This document shows positions 25,154 through 36,644 of a DNA stretch of 64,000 nt, in pieces. The position numbers and the translations under genes were made by a program. A model generated the notes under the pieces. That model was given only the letters and a program-made list of their open reading frames with translations, made no database searches and had not been told where the DNA came from. Origin of the DNA: Paraspadella gotoi (lineage: Eukaryota > Animalia > Chaetognatha); the NCBI GenBank assembly GCA_051294375.1, contig CM119265.1, positions 19,705,642 to 19,769,641 on the forward strand, written 5' to 3'. Every line of letters starts with the position of its first letter. The stretch's first letter is position 1.

Positions 25154-25430
25154 CCATCGCCTCGAGTCATCGCATCCGGCCCTCGCCTCTGTCCACCGTC
25201 TCCAGCCAATGCGTCCACATCTTACCTCTGTCCATCAGCTCAGCGCATCGTCTCTGCCAATCGCACGTGACCCTCGCCGCTGTCTATTGCCTCCAGCCAT
25301 CGCCTCAACACCTCGCCTCTGTCAATCAGTTCTATTCGTCCCAGCTTCCGTCCCTCGTTTCCGTCAATCGCCTCCAGCCATCGCATCCGCTCCTCACCTC
25401 TGTCCATCGCTTCCTCGCATCGCCTCCTGC
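25154..25430 (+). repeat. Degenerate 39-bp minisatellite (~6-7 units)
   Basis: Consensus CCATCGCCTCCAGCCATCGCATCCGCTCCTCGCCTCTGT, with units of 39, 39, 52, 39, 42, 39 and a partial. Confidence 0.75.
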
Positions 25431-26264
25431 CCTCGACTCCCGCTTCCCGCCTCCTACTCGCCGGATGTTCTTTAAACATCTCGACGAATTAACTGAGATC
25501 CGATAAACGATTTCGTTGCACAGCGAAAAAAAAAATCGGGAGTTGTGCAAATTAAATTAAGGGAGGGAAGGAGGGAAAGAAGGAAAAAAAAGAGGGAGGA
25601 AAGTAAATAAAAAAAAGTAACGGAAATCCCATCGAAAGTCCGAGAGGTTCACGAGGAAAAACCATTAGAGAGCGAGAGGGAGAGGGAGAGGGATGGGGGA
25701 GGGGGAGAAAGGTAGGAAAAGTGAAACGTGAAAGAGAAACAAGTCGGAGCAGACGACCACCAGTTGCCAGGATTTTCGTTTACACAATCGAGTTCCAACT
25801 CAATGGTAAAAATAATTATATGCAAATCCTTCTTATGTATACAACGACCAATCGCTGCTCTCTGCCTTCTTTATTCTTTATTCTCTGCTGTCATTATATT
25901 CGTCAATTTATGTGACGAAAACCACTGCTTCGATGACCTTACCCTTATCCTTTACTCCTGCTTTTTCAATCGACACTCCGAGAATCGCGTTTGAAGGCAG
26001 AATTCGTTTTACGACCACCCTTATTTAAATTCTTTGAATAGATTACGTCAGTCTCTCTCCTCTCTCTGTCTGTCTGTTTTAGTCTCTGTCTCTCTATCTT
26101 CTTCTGTCGCGCGGTTTAAATTCGATTGAATTCGTCAATCAACGACTCGCGTCTCTCTTCTTTCGCTCTCTCACTCTTTCTCCCTTTATCTCCCTCTCCC
26201 TTTTTATTCTCCCAAAAACTCTCTCATCAGTCCCACTCTCCTTTTATTTTTTGCTTTCTCTTCT

Positions 26265-26710
26265 ATTTTCTTCTTTTCTTTTCTTTTCCTTCTCTTCTCT
26301 TCTCTTCTCTTCTCTTCTCTTCTCTCTTTTCTACTCTCCATTCTTTTCAATTCTGCTCCCTTCTTCTCTTCTCTTCTCTTCTCTTCTCTCTTTTCAACTC
26401 TCCATTCTTTTCCATTCTGCTCCCTTCTTCTCTTCTCTTCTCTTCTCTTTTACTCTCCCTCTCTTCTCTTATCTCCTCCTTCTCTTCTCTTCTCTTCTCT
26501 TCTCTTCTCCTTCTTTTTTCTCTTCTCTTCTACTCTTCTCTCCTCCTCTCTTACTCTCCCTCTCCTTTCTCTTCTCTTTCCTCTCTCTTCTCTTCTCTTC
26601 TCTTCTCTTCTCTTCTTCTTCTTCTTCCCTTCTCTTCTCTTCTTCTCTACTCCCCTCTCTTATCTTTTCTCTCTTTCTCTTCTCTTCTCTTCTCTTCTCT
26701 TCTCTTCTCA
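26265..26710 (+). repeat. (TCTTC)n pentanucleotide tract
   Basis: Long imperfect TCTTC array; source of the SSLLF-repeat pseudo-ORFs. Confidence 0.95.
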
Positions 26711-29145
26711 ACCCCCAAGCGAAAACGCTAATCAGACGCTAAATTATCGCCTCCCAATTTCTTTTGCGAATTGAAATCGCGACTGTTCCCTATCCTTAAA
26801 ACCTTCCCTTTCTTTATTCGGTCTTGATTACTCAAGCTCTCGGGACTAGGGATTTTCTCCCCCCCCTTCTTTTTCCTCAAAGAAAATCTTTTCTGCATCC
26901 AAACAAAACCCTAACCCGATTTTCATCCTTACCAAAATACAAACACTCACCCAATTAATATTGAAGGAATTGAAAAAAAAGAGAAAGATTTTTTTAGTCG
27001 GGAATGACAACCAAAACAAAAATTCCTACGATGGATGATAACAAACTGTCGAACTCGAACACGTAGAACTGAGTTTTACCGTCGGCGTTTTTTTCTTTCT
27101 TTTTTTTTCTTTCTTTATTTTGTTTATGTTCGACATTTCGAATTTTTTTCGATCTTCGAAGAGACGCGGGAATTTTTGAATCGAATCCGCGGGTGAGACT
27201 CGATCGGTCGACTCGCGGTTTTGAAAGATTTACGGCACGTTTACTAATAAAACGAGAGAGGGGGAAAAGGGTTCGTTTGTAATAATCCTAAAATTTGCAA
27301 TCGAAAAAAATATTATAGGTCTAACGTCGTCTTCTTCGGCTCTTTAATTGACAAGGAAGTAATAATTAATAAACTAAATAACGTTTTAAATGATGTAATA
27401 TCCTCATAATGATGAGCTTGAAGTTTTATTTTCTTTAAATTTTTGGGTCATTAAACAATTGAACTCCGTTAGCAAATATATTCTTTATTTTTAAATGGTA
27501 TATTTTAAGGATAAAATCGTTCTCCCTTTACTTTGTTCTCCTTTTTCCGTTCAGCCATTCTTCTCAATCCATTTCCTTCTCACTCTTTCACGCTTCAATT
27601 TCTACTCTCCTCTCTCGAAATGAAAAAAAACCTTTTCTAACGTTCACTTACCTTTTCCGCTCCTTCAGTTCCGTTCACTTACCTTCTACTTTTCCTCATC
27701 CGCAAAAAAACGATCGCTTTTTTCTCCTAAAATCCGCAGTAAAAGTAAAACGGAGCAAATTCTGGTCGAGTCTTCTTAACCCTAAAACGCGCGGGAGAAA
27801 AAAAAACCGCGCAAAACACCGTCGAAACCTTTTTTGCTCCCCCTTGCTTTTTTTATGCTTTTTTTTTGGACAAATTTGAGGGACGGGGATCGAGGGGTGA
27901 AGGGGTAAAGAGGGGTGACAGGGGTGAATTGACGATGAGGTTACGAGAATCCGCGAAACTGAAATAAAAGGAAAAAAATTGGGGTAATGGAGTGAAAAAT
28001 AGTGAAAAATAGGCAAAGTAATACGTTACTGGTACTGGTACTGGAGTTTATGACTTGATTAACATCGCTAATGGATATAAAAGATATAAGTGATCGAAAA
28101 AAACATTAATAAAAAAAAAGTTATTTAACAGAATAAAGAATACAAATTATCTAAAAAAAAGGAGCGCTATGACGAAGGTTTCCTGTCGTTAAGCGTCATT
28201 TTTACCCCGGGCGCCGCAAACGAGTGCTGCACTGGGCGCCGCCCCATGCCGTCGTGCCAATGGAGAGCTATAAAAGCGGGACATGGGATGAGAGCTTTTT
28301 ATGAGGGTGTCATGGCGTGACGGGTCGTTATGGAAACGGGGAGCGAGTGATTGGAAAGAAGGGTAGCGGGTAATTGGATAAAAGGATTGTTGGACCAAGG
28401 AGCAATCTTCGTGAGGGAGAAAGCCTCGAGGAGTATGATACGGTAGTTAACCTGGGTTAAAATCGGAAATATCGGTTATTGGAAAGTGCATTATTCGTGA
28501 GTCGCGTTAAAGTTATTAAATTACAATCATGAAGATTCGCATTGTGGTTCGTGCGAAACGTTTTCGCGTTTGAAGATATTTCTGTATGGGATTGTTTTAA
28601 AGAATTATTAGACCAAAAATGGAAGTTGCGTATATTTTAAAAGAAGTGAAAATGTAGAAATATTTGTTTTAACAGTTTTCAGAATGGTTAAATTTAAAAA
28701 AAAATGCTTCGGTGGTTAATCTAAAAAAAAACCCACTTAAATTAGTTAAATCAGCAAAAGTGGCCGAAGTGGGTGCGTGGAGCGATCGACGAGCACTGCG
28801 AGTGGAAAGGATGAGGGGGTGAAGGAAAGAGTGAAGGAAAGGGTGAAGGAAAGGATGAGGGGGTGAAGAGGTTAAGGGGTAAGGGGTTAACGTGTAACGG
28901 GGTGTAACGGGGTGTAAAGCGGTGCTTTGAACCCCTCCAATTCGACGGAAGAGACGAACTAGTCCGACGGGAGTCGGCGTCCTTGTTTGTTTTGACGAAG
29001 AAGACACAATTTCGAGAGTTTCTCTCGCGTTACTATCGATTTTGCCCACCTCGCCGAGCCGCGCTTAGCGTGGGGCTGCGTCTCTCTCGTCTCTCTGCTC
29101 GTCTCTCCATTCTCTCTCTCCTCTCTCTCTCTCTCTCTCTTCTCT

Positions 29146-29180
<35 letters not shown>

Positions 29181-29316
29181 TTCTTGCTCGACGGGCCTGC
29201 AGATGCCTCTGCATATTTGCAATGGCCAATTTCATTTTGTTGACTTCTTTTACGAAGTAAAAAAAGTAAAAAAAGTAATTAAAGTTTTAAACCGTTTCTT
29301 TTTTCCGTCGTTGAGT

Positions 29317-29510
29317 CATTCATTCATTTACTCATTCATTCATTCATTCATTCATTCATTCATTCATTCATTCATTCATTCATTCATTTATTCATTTATT
29401 TATTTATTTAGTTATTTTTTTAATTTTTATTTATTTATTTATTTATTTATTTATTTTTTATTTATTTATTTTATTTATTTATTTATTTATTTAATTAATT
29501 AATTAATTAA
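29317..29510 (+). repeat. Compound (ATTC)n-(ATTT)n-(AATT)n microsatellite
   Basis: Directly visible, with the tetranucleotide unit changing stepwise along the tract. Confidence 0.95.
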
Positions 29511-29896
29511 TGTAATTACCTAAAATGAGTTTCTCAATTGCCTTTTCTTTCCTTTTTCCTTCCTTCGCAATTTCAGTCGCCGTCGATGTCACATTTTTCG
29601 TCATTCTTGTTCTTTTTTTTTTCTCCCCAGGTCGTTGTCTCATTTTTTTGCCTTGTCTCGTCGTCGTCTTCTCATTTGGTATCGTCGTATTCTTCGTCGC
29701 ATTCTTTCTCATTTTCGTCGCATTTTTCGTCGTCGTCGTCGTCGTAATGATGATCTGAGTCTCGGGCTGGCAGAGGCGATGCATGGCAGTCTGGACCCCG
29801 CCCTGCCCGGCGTTATCGCGGTGCTTTTCAGGAAGCAATCACCTTAATACGGGAGAGGGGAGCGGGGGAGAGAGAGAAGAGAGAGAGAGAGAGAGA

Positions 29897-29939
<43 letters not shown>

Positions 29940-31660
29940 ATGAGGGAGGGAGACGGAGAAGGGAGGCAGAAACTGCGGTGGGTCGAAGAAGAAACTGATC
30001 CGTCTGTAAATGGAGAAGGAATTTCGATCTACCTTTTTTGTTGTGTTGATATTATTCTCTCTCTATCTCATCATTCTTCATCTTTGCTTCCGTCTCTACT
30101 CTTCTCTCATCTAACTGCTCTTCGTCTCTCTGCGTCATCTCTCGGATCTTTTCTCTCTTGCTTCTCCCGCTATGCATCTCTGCTAGTCTCTTCTCTTTTT
30201 CGCCTCGTCTGTCGCGACATCTTGATCTTTGATTCGCATGAAAAAGTATTCGGTGACGGAAGTTAAAACTTTCTTCTCTTCTTATTTTTTCTCAGATTTC
30301 GCGCCGATGATGACGATTGACGAGACGCACGAAATCGGATTCGTTTTAATCTCATCCGGGGATATTCCTTCAAGTTTTTCAACAATCAAATATCTGCGTG
30401 ACAACAGATTAACTGTGAGTCAACCCAAAGACTTCATCGACTCTCTCTCTTTCTCTCAACTCGCGTTTCGTATTCATCTCTTTTTTTATGGCTCGACCCT
30501 TACGAAAAATCAACTTCGTCATCTGTTCAGTCTCCAGTCTCCTCTGAAAGCCAGTGATTCATTTCCCCTAAAAATCTCACCAAAAAAAACTTAATCACGA
30601 TTTCAAAACTCATCTCATCTCAGCTCATCTTAATATCATCTCATCCCATCTCAGCCCACCTCCTCCCATTTTATCTCATCTCATCTCAGTTCATATTAAT
30701 ATCATTTTATCTCAACCTCAACTCATCTCGACTCTCGCTCCATCTCTCCATCTCTCCATCTCTCCATCTCTCTCGCTCCATCGCTCTCGCTCTCATAATC
30801 GTCGAGAGATTTCTTTGTCGGATTTTTTTCGGTTTCGACGAGGCCGAGATTTTATTACCTTCCGAAAGATAACCGTTTTCTTTTCCTTTCCTTTCTTCCT
30901 TTCCTTTTTCTTATCTTCTTTTCTCTTACGAGGAGATCATCTCGAACCCGAAGCTACGAAAGAAATTCACGCAATCGAAAACGAGAGATGTTTTTGATCA
31001 ATTTTTAAAACGAGACAATTTTTTTCCTCCAAGTATTTCAAGTTGTACCAATTTCATAAGAAATAACCTTAGAAAACAGTGTCGATAATAATACTTAATG
31101 AAAGCCCCTGAAAAAAATTGACGTATTATATTTACCATTTTAATTTTCCTTCTTAGTTTTCTATTTGAACTACCTCTGAGTCTCTGACTGACTCACTATC
31201 ACGCCCCACTTTTTCCTTGTTATCAAAGCCTTGTACCCCAATCCCCCATCATTCCTTAAAAACAAAACAGTTAACCTCACCTTTTATTGGCCATTAGACA
31301 ATTTCACTCGCCTTACCCTATCCTTACCCTCGCTTGATCCTTTCCTTTCCTAATGCTTTCTTTCAACCTTACCCTGGCCGACAAAAGAAATTCTTCACCT
31401 CACTTCCTCGCTTCTTCGTTCCTCACCCTCCAGCCCGCCGCCGCCGTGCCGCCCCACCGCCTCGCCGCCCCACCGCCTCGCGGCAACTGTGACCCGTAAA
31501 GAGGCTGCATCCCGGAAGCCCCCCTCTCTTCAAGACGCTCGAGCCGAGTTGAAGATGTTCGAGCCACATCACAGATTCGACCGCAATCTTCAAACCTCAC
31601 TTCCCATTCGTATCGAGCCTTCACCCCTCCTCCACTACTTCTCTTTTACCTTTTCGGATC

Positions 31661-31662
<2 letters not shown>

Positions 31663-31756
<94 letters not shown>
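31663..31756 (+). repeat. (GA)n microsatellite (one of many AG/CT tracts, e.g. 50772-50860, 56970-57075, 59991-60118, 60962-61080)
   Basis: Perfect dinucleotide run. Confidence 0.98.
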
Positions 31757-31758
<2 letters not shown>

Positions 31759-32136
31759 GGGGATGAAAAAATCCCTGGTCATAACTTCTCTCTCTTTCAT
31801 TGCTCTTCATCCCCCACCACACCTTTTAGACCATCAATCGACTACGCTCCCACTCTCATCTCTCATCTCTCATCTCTCATCTCTCTCTCTCTCTCATTCC
31901 TAAAACATTCTTCTCCTTCGATCGGTATTCGGGGAAGGGGAAGAGGGGGGAGAGAGGGGGGGGAGTGCGATCGAAGGCCGCGGAATCTTCGGGGCCAATT
32001 TTATCATTAATAATCATACCTTTCATCTGGTCTGCGGATCTGGGCTTCGTCGGTGAGGGGGTCTCGACTCTCGCCACCTGGGGCTGAGTGGGTCGGGGCT
32101 TTTTCGCCACTCTCCTCTCTCTCTCTCTCTTCTCGT

Positions 32137-32190
<54 letters not shown>

Positions 32191-32450
32191 GCCACCCCTC
32201 ACATCTTCCCGAAACCCCCATGTCACTTACCAACCAACCCTGCACCTCGAGGCATTTGATATCGACTGGCTCGCGGGGCGCAGCTGAGACGAATTCGTCA
32301 AAACGAGCGGCCTGGCCATGAACGTCACAAACACTGCACCCAGCTCTCACACCACGGATATCAACCCCTACTTCCTCTGATCATGACCCACCCTTTCACA
32401 CCCACCATCACCGCCATAAAATCGCAGAGTGATTTCTCTCTTCTCTCTCC

Positions 32451-32528
<78 letters not shown>

Positions 32529-32643
32529 GAATCGAGTCTTAACCTCTTTTTTTTCGTCCTACATTCATTAAGAGAATAAAACCCTTAAAATCGCTCCCAT
32601 CTTTCCTAAAATTCTTTCTATGAAGTGGAGGTTAATCCACCGC

Positions 32644-32680
<37 letters not shown>

Positions 32681-34285
32681 CTCATTCTCTTCGGTAATGA
32701 AAACGAAGCCGATCCTTCGTAAAGGTCGTTGTCATTCATCCCGGGCGATGACTTTCGACCGGAGAGAATATATTCGCCGGGCATTAATCCTAAACTTGAA
32801 TCTTGATACTATTGCTTTCCTTCTCAGTTGATACGCGACTAAAGGACGAACCGCATTTAATGAAGAAAAGGTTCACTTCTATGAAGGGAAGATAACTTTT
32901 TAAAGAATTTCTTGTGAAAAAAACAAAAACGGTAATTCCAATGTGTTGCGCTGCAGTGACTTTATTTTCAAGTGTATTTCCCTTTGATCACATGATATGA
33001 CATGACATGATAATTAAAAGACTAAAAAACTTTTTTTGCCGATGTATATATGACATGTACTTCATCAAAATTTTAGGAATTCCTGAAGGCGGGACTGGCA
33101 GTCCCTTAGATTTAAAGTTTTTTTCTGTCCTAACAAATGAGCAATCAACTATAAGCAAATTATATACGACACAATGAAAAATGGCGTAACGTTACCTGTC
33201 CGTGCATAAAAAAAATTTACTGTTCAATATTGATATATTTCATCTTTATTTTTTGAACGATTATAGTTTCATATTCGCTGATATCCACAAATATAGCAAG
33301 AATATCTTTTTATGTTCTTTTTGATATGATGGAATACTTAGGGTGAGATGCAGTAATATTTTTTAAAAAACGTTACTATATCAATATTTATCATAGAATT
33401 GTAATAGAAAAAAAAAATAATAGTACTAATAGTTAGAGTTATGTCTCAAATAGATGGAAAAAAAACCCCTCATTTAAAAATTCGATCGGGGAAGTGGGAT
33501 AACTAAGGCTTACCAATGGCATCCTCCACGCCGATTGTTCTCTCCAAAGAATTTTTTTTTATTTAATACATTCTGAAAGGGAAAAAAAAGAAAATGTGGA
33601 ATGCAGGTGTGCAGAAAGGGTACAGATAATCTGGACTTATTGACATGATAACCATACGACTTTTAATATCTTGTGAAATGGGGGCAGTAAAGAAATCTAA
33701 AAAATTTCATCATTAAGTCAGTCAATGAACCCTTTCCAATGGCTATATACGAGAAATATTTTTTCTTAATTAAAATGGATGATAAATAATAAATTTAAAA
33801 AAAAAAAATTATCAATACAAATTAATACAATTGATGTTTGCTTTGTCAATATGTTACCGTAGCTATATAATTTTTATACAACTTTAATATGTATAAACAA
33901 GCAGTGTGTTCAAGCTTTTAGTTATGCAGTTAAAGATAATGAAAAATGACGATTTTTTTTTCACAGACAAGAAGGTAGATGTCCAGAGCTGTTTATATCA
34001 AGCTGAAAACATTTTTGTATTTATCATTTTTAATATTTAAGAAAATATATTTTATCAAATTAGCAACATAAATTTTTGCTTGTTTTTGACTTTAACTGGA
34101 AAAATATAAGCTGTATTTTATGGGAAAAAAAAAATTTAATAATAAAAAAAATGTAATTCAGTCTTTTCTTTTTCAAATTACAAAGAAAAAGAAAAAAAAT
34201 TTCATATGTCTTCAATGAAAATTTTTAAAGCAAGCAAAACTGTTATACTTTTAAACTCTTGATCTTAAGTCACAAAAGCTGTGGT

Positions 34286-36644
34286 TGCCGGTGACTTAAT
34301 AAACCGAATATTTTGGAAAAACTTGAAGCAGTGTTTTGTTGTGTTCATAGGTAAACGATATTGAAGAAAAACAAGTGTAAAAAGCAATAAACGGAAAAAA
34401 TAACAACAAACAACTACCTTATTTAATCATAGGCTGAAAAAAGAGGTCAGCCATAACAATTAATTTTCAGGTCAATGGTCGAATGGTCTATCATTCCTGT
34501 CTGACCCTTACGGGTCGCCAAAGTAGAAAGACTTCGTCGTTACGATACTTCGCGATGTTATTGTCAGTCTTTTTTTCGTTGTCGTTATATTTTGGCGAAT
34601 GATTCTGAGCTTCCAAACATCCCCCACAGCATGCATGTCAGTCGACTTGGTTGACGTTCAGTGGGCACTGTCGTCGGCTCAAATTTCTTCATCAAAATCA
34701 TCGGTCGATTAGCGTGTCCAGCAATTGTCTCGGAGATGGCAAGGCGTTTGCAGCAATTCGTGGCTGAAAACGGGTTGGTCTTATAGTCCATATTTTGGGC
34801 AGCGTTCACGGACTTGGTGGCCTTTTTTTCGGCGAGGTCTGTCTGTTTGTCCTTCGCCATCATCGACCATGAGTAGACGGCCCGGCGTTTTGAGAGGCGT
34901 CACGCGACGGCTGGCGCGCTGAGGAGCAGCGCCACGGAGGGATTTTTCGGCGTCGATGGCCGCTGGCCTTGACGCGATCGAATGTTATTGTGTTCATTAC
35001 CGGACGACCGGGAATCTGGACCGGAGATCCACGTCGATGCATGATTAGTGATCAGCACGTTAATAGGCGGGTGCCGCGTAAGCGCCGAAAAGAGCGCCAG
35101 CGAGTTGTTTGGACGACGGATGAAAACGAACTTTGCCTCCGTCGAGTGAATCCGGGCACTCGACAGGTATGGACATACGTGCCGTTGTGCACAGTCAGGG
35201 GGTTGGGCGGCACTGAAGCGCCAAGACGTCAAAGCGAATTGATTGCGCAGGGGTTCCTGCGCGCGTGACGGTGCCATCCGACTTTCCGGTTTCCGAGGAT
35301 TTTAGCACCATAGAGCCTCACACTGGGAATTAGTGAGAAACGTCAGCCGGTACCCAATTCGGTGGAGAAGCGCCGAGGTCGTTTTGTGGTGTAGTTCGGC
35401 AGGCCGAGCAAGACCAAGGGAGCTGAGAAACCACTTGTCAGCAGCATTCTTCGGCAACGCCGCCTTAGAGATGCCTTTAAGTCTACGACTGGCATCCGTA
35501 TTCAAGCCATGCCGTTTGCTTTGGATGGTAGGCTGCAGTGAAGTTCAATTTAAAACCACACGCGTTTTTCGGCGATTGGCGCCACAATTCAGACGTAAAT
35601 TGGCTCTGCCTCTATCCGTGGTGACGGTGCGCCGGGTTACGACCAAAACGTGCGTCGCGCTGATCCACCATTCTTGAAGGAAGAGCGCAGCGATGGTCGG
35701 CGTTGGTGTGTCGTGGGAAGGAATTGCTTCTTGGCAACGTGTATTATACGGTCGACGCACGTCAGTAAGGTGGGCCGTGTCCATTGGAGACGGGAAGAGG
35801 CGCTTACAATATCCCACATGGACGTGCTGGAAACGTCGCCTCAACAGGAGGGAATTGTTGTGGAGGTGCTTGGATGTGCTGTGTGGATTTTGAAGCGCTG
35901 ACATTGAGTGTCATGTCCGCGTCCATTCCGCCACGTTGGAGGATGCCTTCGGAGGAGCCAAGATAAATCGACTTGTATAAGTTTTTGGTGCACGTAAGCC
36001 AGGGGTGCGAAAGGTTGTGAATTTACCGGTTAAAAACGGAGCGCCGCCATTTTTGTGGCGCATATGGCGGATTGCCCGCACAAGGGGCGTTTATCTGCCG
36101 CTGTTTTACGTCGCAGATGATATCGACGCCGGCCCACTTATCTTTTCAAAACGAGGCTAGTGTGGGCATCGGCACAGGAGGAACGTTGAACATCAGGCGT
36201 CGTTTCCTTGATCAGATGCCATTTTCTGAAGTCGATTCCTTGAAGAGGGTGACAGCATTAATAGTTGATCGGGAGGGTGGGCGTGGCTGCGGGTGGAGCG
36301 TAACGTGAGAGAGCGTCAGCAACGAATGCGGGTGACTAATAACGAATATTTGGAAAAACTGAAGCGTTGTTTTTTGTGTGATTAGTAAAACGTATATTAA
36401 GAAAACAGAGTAAAAAAGCAATAAACAAGGAAAAATAACAACAAACAATTACGTATTTAACAATTGGCTGAAAAAAGGTCAGCCATAACAATTAATTATC
36501 AGGTCCCATGGTCGATATGGTCATTTCCTGCTGACGCCTTACGGTCGCAAAGTAGAAAAGACCTTCGTCGTCAGTCTTCGGTCCGTTGTATTTGTCGTAC
36601 TTTGTTATCGTTGTCGTTTTGGTCTGAACTCATTGAGCTTCCAA
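34286..36644 (-). mobile_element. Internally deleted Gypsy LTR retrotransposon (CsRn1-like), LTR-integrase-LTR
   Basis: Direct repeats at 34286-34619 and 36327-36644. Both start TG on the + strand; the left ends CA and the right ends CCAA. Polypurine-tract-like GTGGGGGA abuts the 3' LTR on the minus strand (34620-34627). Flanking GTGGT/GAGGT is a candidate TSD. Confidence 0.9.
34640..36326 (-). pseudogene. Gypsy pol 3' part: RNase H tail, HHCC zinc finger, integrase core and GPY/F region (frameshifted)
   Basis: Across frames: FVADALSR (36326-36303), ICDV, HNLSHP, RFQHVHV, LLTCVDR, EAIP, VTTDRG, TAAYHP, LPLVLLGL, FVFIRR, ITFDRVK. These are canonical Gypsy integrase motifs in the correct order. 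Confidence 0.92.

Noticed and set aside
26126-26742. Long Ser/Leu/Phe-rich ORFs (also 53433-54365, 14577-15224, 31489-32010 and ORFs spanning N-runs)
   Set aside because: These are translations of microsatellites, pyrimidine tracts or gaps, with no domain motifs or codon bias.
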